Shown here: positions 35,436 to 45,223 of the stretch, one piece after another | Position numbering within the stretch: position 1 is the stretch's first letter | Layout of the letters: each line of letters starts with the position of its first letter | NCBI GenBank assembly: GCA_000320545.1 | Contig: ADNK01000184.1 | Location: 1-45,223, forward strand | Origin: Bigelowiella natans CCMP2755 | Lineage: Eukaryota; Protista; Cercozoa | DNA: 45,223 nucleotides | Direction: 5' to 3' | Notes under the pieces: model-generated | The model's database searches: none | What the model was told of the DNA's origin: nothing | What the model saw: the letters and a program-made list of their open reading frames with translations, nothing else | Program-made: the position numbers and the translations under genes

Positions 35436-38105
35436 TTTATATTTATTTATTATATATCATGATGATAGGTGTATGAGAACGAAAAGAGGGTAAACGAGAT
35501 CCAGGATCGCTATCGAGGCTCCGTAATCAAGGTCTCCAAGCCGGGGAGGGTTCTCCACTTGAAGGTAAAGGCGACAAAGATCTCAAAGCACAACAACAAG
35601 AAAGAATACACGTTCTTGCTGTTCAACGATACGCTCATGTACGCCTCGGAGAAGAAGATTCACGCCGACTACTTGCTTTGCAACATCGGGAGTGAAGATC
35701 TTCCGGAGGACACCAAGCTCGGTGAGGCGGCATTGTTATTGAATGAATGCGAAATCTAATACGATGAGAACGAATGCATATAGACGCTTGGTCCTTTACC
35801 AATTCAAATATTACCGTATTTCACCACGTTTGAATGCCGTGAATTATCAGCAAACATGCCATAGAATTATCACCTTCGCAACTGACTCGGCTTTTCCACC
35901 TCCTCCATTAACTGCTCCATCAAAACAGGAATCTGCACGAGAGACAAGGCATTCATTGTTGAATTTTCTTGCAAGAAGACCCGTGATGAGTGGCGACGTA
36001 CGCTCAACGCCCTTGTTCGTCAAAATAGGTTGCTTCGCACTGGCACTACCGAACCCATCTCAGGACTTTATAAAGTTTGGGATCAGACTAAGACATGTTC
36101 CGTGTGTAAAAAAAGAGTCGGCTACATCTTCTCGCGCCTATTTCATTGCCATGAGTGTGGTCGCGTTGTGTGTGCTAAATGCTCGATGCATCGCGTGGAG
36201 CGATGGAGGCTTCGTGGGGGCAGTTCTTTCCCTAATAGCGCGCGATTCAGTGGAACGAGCAACGAGCAGGAAGGCCAGCGTGTGTGTGACGTGTGCATGA
36301 AGGAGATCAAGGCCGCGGAAGAGAATGGCGACAAACGCGACGTTACAGTTTCGCAACTTGAGGAATTTCAGATTTACTCGCCGAAAAGCTCGATAAAATT
36401 ACGCAACATGTGGACAATCAACAAGGATCAGTCGAGTAATGTGAATGTGAATAGCAGCACGGGCCAGGGGATGGACACCGATGCGGAGAAAGGGTAAAAA
36501 GATAACTACCACAGCATGCGAAAGCTAAATCTTTACCCCCATTCTGCCCCAATTACATCAAAATAAATATTACACGTATTATCGATTGTCCTTCCTCTCC
36601 ACAGGGTTTTATTCCGATATTGATAATGACTCAATAAATCTATTGCCCCCCCCGCTGTCACACAGGATGTCTGACACAAATTCAAATCGGACTCCTCGTT
36701 CTGAAGGGAAGAGCTCTTGCAGAAAGAGCGAGCCTGTCGCAGATACTTCCAGTTTCAAGTCTTCCCAAGCTCGACGCGGCAGCGACACAACGGACGGACA
36801 GGACGAAGAAATAACGTTTGGCTCCGAAGCCGGGCTCGAGAAGAAGGAGAAGAAAGAAAGGAACATCACAAAGCGTTTCGCCGTTGCAAAGCAGATGCTT
36901 GATGAAGAGACGGAGTACGTTCGCCTGCTCCGGAGCACTGTGCGTTCAATCGTCCGTTCAACCCTGCATCAAACACGAACAGGCGAGCTGCGGGATTTCC
37001 CTGCACACATGATTCTCTTCCTCGACGGGCTGGAGCAGATCTACGTCATCAATCTTCAGTTTCTGCAGGATCTTCAGATGCGCGTAAACACGTGGTATCA
37101 GCAGCAGCCGCTTGGCGAGCTGTTCCTGCAGCTCGGGCCACTTGTGCTGCTCTACCAGGACTATTTATTTCTCTACCCCGCGTTCTTAGACCTCCGCACA
37201 GACAACACGTGGCGCTCGTGGTTCAAGCACATCGAGGAGAAACTAGACGGTCAACTGGAGGTGTCCTTCCTGCGTCCCTTCAACCGACTGATGCAGTATC
37301 TGGCCTTAGCCAAGGAGCTGGAGAACGTCACCCCCAAGCTTCATCACGATCATGCCCACCTTCGTGAAGCTATAAATCTCCTCGAGCCAGTTGTTAGCAC
37401 CATGCGATGCGCTTTGAGAGACCATCTAGAGAAGGACAGTGGCAGTGACGATACAAACACGTGTGATACAAAATCATCAATACAGACACGCATTGTCTTT
37501 CGCGAGCCGGCGTCGTCCGAGTCAAAGAGGAATACCAATGGGAGCAAGCCCCCCCCCCCCCCCCAACCAACAATGCCACGCCCAGAAGTACGAGGTGGTA
37601 CCGCAACAGCACTACGTGGAGAGCAGCCAAAGCCTTCTTCCCACCATAGCGGCAGCAGCAGCAGCAGCAGCAGCCCTCCATCACAGCCACTTACTAGCGA
37701 AAAGTTCTCATCACCGCAGAAGAATAATCCGAAGGAGCGTGTACATCGGAAAGAGGACTGCCATGAGCTTCCAAGAGCATCGTATCAGCATGCAGGCTTC
37801 AAGATTGAAAGAGAATGTGGAGATCATCGTCGCCGCGGTGGTTCTTCTCCAGGATCATCACCAGCATTGCAAAATGTCGGCATTCATCTCAGAATCGATA
37901 CGGGTGCGAGTAGAGATTTGCCCGGGGAGACAACGCATAGAACCCTACTCCGCTCACCTGCGAATTCGCTAAACCCGGCTGTTGGCTCCCCGCTTTCGTA
38001 ATTGGCAATGATGATGATGATGATGTGATGGTGAAGATGGTGATGATGATACAGAAGAGAGCAGTGTGTGATTGTGTGTGATTGTGTGATTGTGTGTGAT
38101 CGTGT

Positions 38106-38148
<43 letters not shown>

Positions 38149-38779
38149 CGAGAGAGAGAGAGAGCGAGAGAGAGAGAGAGAGAGGGCGGGGCGGGGGCGG
38201 AGGGGAGGAGAAAGGGGGAAATAGGTAGCTGAAAGCATGCTACATATATCAAAACTCGAACGACAAGATATCTCATCAGCAGCAAGAACTTCATATCATT
38301 CACACGTCCATTTTCAAGGGCTTAAAATTAAACGTGAAACGCTCATTCCCTGATGCTTCTTTTTCCTCTTTCTCCCATCCTCCTCTTCATGGGCACTACA
38401 AACAGTTCTTTGCCGCACACACCTGTCACTTCGCCTGCAAGGCCCTCCTCAGTCTCGAGCTACGGCACAGCCTCTACAAACACGAGAATCGAACGAGCCA
38501 CGTCTGCCCCTGGGCCTTATAATCCAAGATTGCAAGCTGCAAGTGAGCTCTTCCAGGGCGCCGCACACCTCTTCCAATCCGAACCGCCGCCCCTTCCGGT
38601 CTTAAGAATAAGCATAATTACTATTGTGTCAAGGAGGGGGGGGGACGGTTACTGCATTTTTTGGTGGCTAATATTGGTGGTTTAAGGTTTTGCATTCTCG
38701 TACATACCGCTATGGCTTCATTGTGGTGAATTTGAGTGCCACGTGCAATTGCTGCTTGCGTTGGCTGTGAGCTTCCTCA

Positions 38780-38835
<56 letters not shown>

Positions 38836-39118
38836 CACTCAGAGCGAGCCGCGTCCTTCACAGATGGGAAAGAGGCCAGGAAGAATATCTGGGAGCGTAG
38901 GGAGGAGATCTCGCCGTAGTAGCGATTATTCCACGAGTAGCTCTGTGTCTTCACGTAAGTTGTCAATAGTATCAGTCAGCTGAACATCAACCGCACATGA
39001 TTTCTCCGTACGTCCCCGCCTCTTGCCTCTCTGTTTCTCCATCATTTCCTCCTTCCTCTTCCCCCCCCCTCCTATCTGTATATTCTTTCGAACATCTCTT
39101 TTAGCTTCCTTCTTTCTA

Positions 39119-39162
<44 letters not shown>

Positions 39163-40149
39163 TGTGATTCCTACTAATGTACGTGGTTATCAACCGTCAA
39201 TGCTGTCCTCCTCCTCCTCCTCCTCTCCTCCTCCTCCTCCTCCTCCTCCTTCTAAATGGCAGGATCTTTTTCCCAGTCGTCAACATCTCCAATGCCATTA
39301 CACTTGCGGCGTGGGAACCCGCTAGGCGTTGTTCTGGAGGACGACGACGATTTCCCCGATTTTGCAAGCGAGGAGGTGCAACCATCATCCCCCACGCACA
39401 GCAGGAAAGAACGAAGGAGAGCAAAGAGCACCTCTCAGATAACATCATCGACGGCGGTGGGAGCAGGGGAAAACGACCACAAAAAGGCCCATTCAGCCTC
39501 CCCGTCGCGACGGCGGAGTGAGCGTCGTAATCGCCGTAGTCGTCGTTCGCCAGGATCTAGCATTTCGTCCTACAAGAACAACTTCGTACTCATGGCACCC
39601 GCGGGTTCTCAGTCGTCACCGTTGGAGACGAATCTGATCGATATGCTCACTGCAACGTCCTCGAGTCGGGGAGGCACAGCAGATGTAGTAAATCGTGATG
39701 GCTTAGGACATGCTTGTCCCCAGCCTGTTGTTCGTCCAAACAACGACGTTAGAGCGCCGCCTGTGACGATGATCTCGACAGAACTGAAAGCACTTGCGGG
39801 GGGTGGGGAGGAGGAGGCCAGGAAGGCGTCATCATCATCTGGTTTATACACACCACGCCCTCCGAAAGGTCTTCCTCCCTCGCATCTGATTCCTGTTACA
39901 AGACGCGGCAGATCGGAGTCTAGGGGGGGGAAGAGAAAACCACAACTTCCGCCAAATCCACGGCCATCCTCAGACAACCTTACCTACCATAGGAAGATTA
40001 GGAGCAGCCTTACGTCGTCCTGCGGGGATGGTGCGATCTTGTTGGACGCCAAAACAAAAGTAGAGCTGGGAAAGTCGATTGAGTTTGAGGACGCAATTGG
40101 AAAGCCAATAACAGGAAAAGCCGCCACCCTTCTCGGGCTGAGACATTAA
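33976..40149 (+). CDS. FGD-like RhoGEF: DH-PH-FYVE followed by a second DH domain and a long disordered tail
   Basis: DH1 (EHYLKKLNTFREHFSKPL...LFGLYSRY...LKDLSKY), PH (GRVLHLK...YTFLLFNDTLMYA...RDEWRRTL), FYVE (WDQTKTCSVC...FHCHECGRVVCAKCS...RVCDVC), DH2 (KRFAVAKQMLDEETEYVRLL...FLRPFNRLMQY..LAKEL...TPKLHHDH). Confidence 0.85.
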
Positions 40150-40742
40150 TGAGTATAGGATTGGGAGAAAATGATAAGAGAGAGTAACATAGAAAAGAAT
40201 GTACATGCCGACACTATAAACGATTTCCAATGAAAGATGTAGAACGAAGTTTGAATCATGCGGCGATAGTAGGTTCCAGTTTGCGCACCAACTACGCCCC
40301 TGTGCGCGGCCCTTGCTAAAGCACATATTCGGTAGTGTATGGCATGCGATGCGTGTATGTGGCATTATGACAACGTGGAACTCACATTTCCACATGACAT
40401 GAACAGCTACGCAGCATTGAGCCAAATGCGATGAGTGGATAAATTTGACCACAAGATGTAAATACATATGCATACTCTATAATACACATGCTAGCATGTG
40501 TATGCATTTCAAGCATGTTGTTGTGCAATGCTAGAATGGCGTGCAGTCATGCAGTGCCGCAGTGACATAAGCATAGCATGTGACATCACGCTGTACTCGC
40601 GTCAGCTGCACATTAGCCATTGAATCGAAACGTGCTGCATTAGGGTTTAGCCGTGCGCGACGTGCGTGCTTGCGTGTTTGTTTGTTTGTCTTCATATGCC
40701 TTTTTCATTATATGCGTAAATTAAGCATCTTCATCATCATCA

Positions 40743-41756
40743 TCATGTCTTTCCGCCCGCAGCGGCCATCTTGCGTGCAAGGGCATTGCCTCTTTGCATC
40801 TGCTTGACCTGAACGTTCTTCTGCGTGAGCATCGTATCTACTGCTGCCTCAGGATCTAACTCTACATTGTTGCTATCCTCGGCCCTCATTTCAGCTGCCG
40901 ACTTGCTCGGAGACTTCGGGAAGGTCTCTCTGTACGTCGAGAGCCAGTCATCTAATAGGGTTTTTGCGTTGTATCTTGGAAGATTGGATGGAGTGCCGAT
41001 TTCTTTCAACGAGTCTTCCCTAAAAGGGAGAAGAGATGCACACCAAAACGAAAATGTTACGACATGAAGCAATGGTCGGTGTGATTTAGCTAGCACCCGA
41101 AAACTACAATGATCGAGTATGAATGTGTGTAGGGTGCACACAGCTACTTCACACAGCAAGTGTGGAGCACAAGAAAACACATGCATTTAAGTGCTGCAAA
41201 ACACAGAGTCGTAATCGTCTTAAAATGGAAGAAATAGCACCCCATGGAGATACTGACGGCCTCGAGGTCTTTGATGTTCATGGGGACCGCATCCTTCTTT
41301 CGCAATCTTTTACTTTCTTTCTCCTCCTCCCCTCGTTGAATCCGCTGTAGTTTCGCGAGATGTGCTAGCAGAGCTTGTCGCGTACTAAATATTGTGATTT
41401 TGGAATTTTCAGTTCGAAACCGTTCGAATCGAATCAGATAGCTCTTCTTTACAATATTACCCCGACACAGATTTGTCCACATATACGAGCCCGGCACCAT
41501 TACAATGAGCAATTGCACGCAGCGTTCTAGCAGCCACGCGAAGCTTTTCAACACCAACTATGGAAGTAGAGAGAGAGTGGAGAGAAAAGAAGAGATCGGC
41601 GCGGGATTAGAGGGGGGGGGGGGGGGGGGGGGCGGACTAGTCCTTATCTAGGGCTACAGCGCAAGAATGAAACATTGCGTTTGCTATTTTGTTCCGAATG
41701 ATAAAACGACAATCAAGGGGCGAGTATTGTGAGAGAGGAGGAGTTAGGTCATAATC

Positions 41757-41825
<69 letters not shown>

Positions 41826-42472
41826 CATTTATGAGTACCATTCTTGAATTTGTCAAATTTATTGGCGACGATGAGCAGGGGTATGGAGCAGATGCGTTTC
41901 TGAAGCGCCAATGCATCCTGGTGCTTTTCCCCTAGTCTTGCTTGCGCCCTCTCCATCAGCTGATAGAATATTTTCATTAGGATACTAATCGACAACGCGG
42001 TAATGAAGTTGCATGGCAGTTGTTTGGCAGTTGTTTGCGTGTTTTTACGTGTGGATGTGTGGTGTGTGTGTGTGTGTGTGTGCGTGTGTTTGTGTGTGTT
42101 AATGTGTGTACGTGTGGTTCTGGATGTACCATTTTGGGAACGCGTGGCTTTTTCTGCGCTACTTTGTCTAATATCTCGCGAACTCGACGCCTGCACATGA
42201 GAACATACATTGGCGTCAAATAGGACAGCATTACACAGAAACACAACCGCACACACGCAAGAGCATCCTGATGTGTTCTTACGTGGCAGCCCTGAGCCAG
42301 AAGTTAAGGTCATCTATCATCTCGCAGGGCTTCGATAGGTCCACAACAATGATTATGCCAGATTTTGGCACGGTTTCAGCGTTCACAGCGATGTCTAGCA
42401 ACTTCGCCAAACCCCTTCCTGCCGTTATAGGTGGTAAATAGTTGATGTTCTTCATCGTAAACATATGTATAC

Positions 42473-42527
<55 letters not shown>

Positions 42528-42646
42528 GTTAGGTAGGGGGGGGGGGGGGGGAGATGACGGACCTACCCGTACCGTTCCCAGATGTGGGACACTTTCCCAT
42601 TGGAAGTAGAGCCTTGTCGCAGGTATCTTTTTGCAGATCCGTGGAC

Positions 42647-42683
<37 letters not shown>

Positions 42684-42754
42684 TGTAAATAATGAAAGTA
42701 TTGTTTGTGATAATAGCTTTCTGTAATATATCCAAGTGTGTGTGTTCAAAAGTG

Positions 42755-42798
<44 letters not shown>

Positions 42799-43290
42799 GT
42801 GCGTAATTTTGAAGCTCTTAAGCACGATTCTGTCAAATCTAAGTGGTGCGACGTACTTATAGTCTAAGGATGTGGTTGGCTGTGGCGCTGAGCTGCCTCC
42901 ACTTTTGCCTGCACCCCCCTCTCGGAACATTAGGGTCTGGATGATGGTAGTCTTTCCTAGAGTTATCGTAACGCATCACACGGGTTATTCCTCCGCGTTG
43001 TGAAACAATTATGCATTCAATTGCATGCGGTATATCTATCTTCCGATTCTCTCAGTATCATTCGTCTGAATTTAGAACCTGCGCCATGGCCTCCCAAAAC
43101 AGCAATGTTAGGCTCGGCAAGCTCTGAACCTCGTTTCTTGCGATCTGAAGAGAAGCAGAAAAACACATCTTGATTCGTGCTGAAGCAGATTCTCGTTAGC
43201 TATTACCCTCCTGCTGTAGCTTTTGTACCAGTGCCCATATGTCCGTGGCTCCTACGCCAGCGGAAGGAGACTTCGAAGCCTTTTTCGGGA
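40743..43290 (-). CDS. DYNC2LI1: Cytoplasmic dynein-2 light intermediate chain 1 (IFT dynein LIC)
   Basis: TDIWALVQ, GGHGA|GKTTII, PQPTTSLDYKY, KVSHIWE, IIVVDLSKP, IPLLIVANKFD, ARTLRAIAHCNGAGL, DSLKEIG. Start approximate. Confidence 0.85.
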
Positions 43291-43788
43291 AGAGAAAAGG
43301 AAAGCAAGGAGGACAAATTTGAGTTCATGATTCCTTTTATTTGTATCGAGGGTTCTAATACGGTTAATTCCGATGGATCCCTTGGACCAGTGTTGTTTTT
43401 AATTTAGTTCCGATTTGCTTTCGTAGTGGATATCGTGCCGAAAATCCCTAATTTTGGGAGGGCTGGGCGGGGGGGGGAGAGAGCAGTTACCATTTGCAGG
43501 TTACTGGTCAGTGATCCGAATATATTGCATAACTCAAGTCGCAGTGATAAAACGTACTGGATACTCGTTTAAAAAATCAACTCAGAGAGTAACTGGGATT
43601 TTGATCCTGCGACAGGCCTTCGGAATTATCGCAGTTTATAAATATAATCTATTTTATCATAATCACTATATTTTATATCTTAGATGTTTTCGGCGTGAAA
43701 TTCGGTCTAAATCCCCCTGAATCCTCAATACCCCAAAACCCCAATCGACCAGCACGGGGGCTTGCCCCCCCCTTCGAACATCGCTATT

Positions 43789-44559
43789 ATGAAACTCGTT
43801 TGCTCCCTTCTGGGGAATTTGGTGATTCTCATACCGTACTCAAAGAATCACGTTTTGAAGTACCACGAATGGATGCAAGATCCTTATCTTTTGGGTAAGA
43901 AACAGATACTCAGCAGTTGTGTTTGGTACGATTTCACGTGGTTTGTTACAGAGAGCACCAACTCAGAGAAGGTTTCCACCCTTGAGCAGCAGTATAAGAT
44001 CCAGGTGGCTATTCCTTAGATCTTCCATACTTCCTACTTTGGCACATCTTCACTCTTTCCAATCGAACGCAGAAACAGTGGGAATCTGATCAGCTTAAGG
44101 GAGCTTTTATTATCATGGAAAAGCGACCCACCGAAGGCGACAAAAGCGATGTAAAGGAGGGAAAGACAAAGAAGACATCAGTTATCAAGACTGAATTATG
44201 TTTTCCATCATCATCGCCCTCCTCTATAAGAACTTACCCGACGAACGAGGGGGGGAGGATGGCAGGGGATGTCAACTTCTTCCTCAGCCCACACTTTCGC
44301 GAAACTCGGTGAGACAGGAAGAAAGAGGAACGATGAAGAAGAAATATTTAAATTGTATGTATATGGTAGATAGTGTAGATATGTTTGAAGTTCCCTTGTG
44401 GTTCAGCATAACCATTCTATCAAATCTCTTCTGTAAACCTGAGAGTTCCTTCGTTTGTGAATACATGCTAGGGAAGTGGAGCTTTCGATCATGATAGCAG
44501 AGGTTGAGCCTATAAATGCTTTCATTAGTTTTCCTCCTGTCGCTTGCCGCCCGTGCGCG

Positions 44560-44599
<40 letters not shown>

Positions 44600-45082
44600 G
44601 AGATTGAGGCGAAATGATGGAGAAGGGTGGGAGGGAGTGGGGGAGAATGGTAACAAATATGTCCTATTTAATTGCTCACTACGATGGATATGAACGCATA
44701 CTTTCACAGAAGGCCTGTCGAGGAAAAGGTAACATGAAGAAAACAAACTAAATCCGCGACGCAATGAATAATATATGCATTCTTCGTCATCATACACAAA
44801 CTAAACTTTGGATCGCTTTGATACAATTCTTCGAACCCTGCTCGCACGACGAAATGACTGTGCTATGTACTGTGGCCTTAACTTCTGACCTATCGAAAAG
44901 GACTGGCAACGGAAACAATCCATCTAATCATAGAGTTTTGCCAGAAGAAATATGGGGTAGTGACTAATTTTTATACGATGAAATTGACGGAATGCTGTAA
45001 GTCAAGACGTATTATGTATATAAATCAGATATTATATATAAATATATATACATTATGTGTGTGTGTGTGTGTATATTATATA

Positions 45083-45130
<48 letters not shown>

Positions 45131-45223
45131 TCTCACAAACACTCTCTGTGTATATGTATGTAGATACATCTTGCCCGATATATATGGTCCCCTCTGACTC
45201 GGAACGATCCTGGCCCTTCCCAC
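43789..45223 (+). CDS. NAT9: N-acetyltransferase 9-like GNAT protein (probably truncated by the window end)
   Basis: VILIPYSKNHVLKYHEWMQDPYLL|ESTNSE..TLEQQYKIQ|KQWESDQLKGAFII, MAGDVNFFL, GEVELSIMIA. Confidence 0.85.

Noticed and set aside
40636-40655. TTAGGGTTTAG telomere-like motif
   Set aside because: Under two units; not distinguishable from chance.
1-45223. Species assignment (intron style suggests a chlorarachniophyte-like or other flagellated protist)
   Set aside because: Cannot be supported without a database search. DYNC2LI1 only implies a flagellated lineage.

Overview
Gene-dense eukaryotic (protist-like) nuclear DNA with short GT-AG introns full of microsatellites. From ~8.7 kb onward it holds ordinary multi-exon genes: SH3+SAP protein, ARF/ARL-like GTPase, Sel1-repeat protein, SCP/FCP1-type CTD phosphatase, DH-PH-FYVE-DH RhoGEF, DYNC2LI1, NAT9 and three hypothetical genes. 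The first 8.4 kb contains a complete Ty3/gypsy-type LTR retrotransposon (1843-7116; 198-bp LTRs, AGCT target-site duplication, one 1602-aa ORF). The main signal is that this element and its flanking host DNA have lost almost every TpA dinucleotide, apparently by conversion to TpG or CpA (A:T->G:C on either strand). Conserved Tyr residues read as His or Cys (RT YIDD is HIDD; one Tyr in 1602 aa). The two LTRs differ only at TpA-derived sites, survivors are almost all C/G-TA-C/G, and a second island with the same signature lies at ~22.8-23.7 kb. This looks like a localized, DNA-level, TpA-directed hypermutation process running opposite to fungal RIP, possibly an undescribed genome-defence system. 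The element also appears to carry a degenerate Dam-like N6-adenine methyltransferase domain after its integrase. All counts are manual and gene boundaries approximate.
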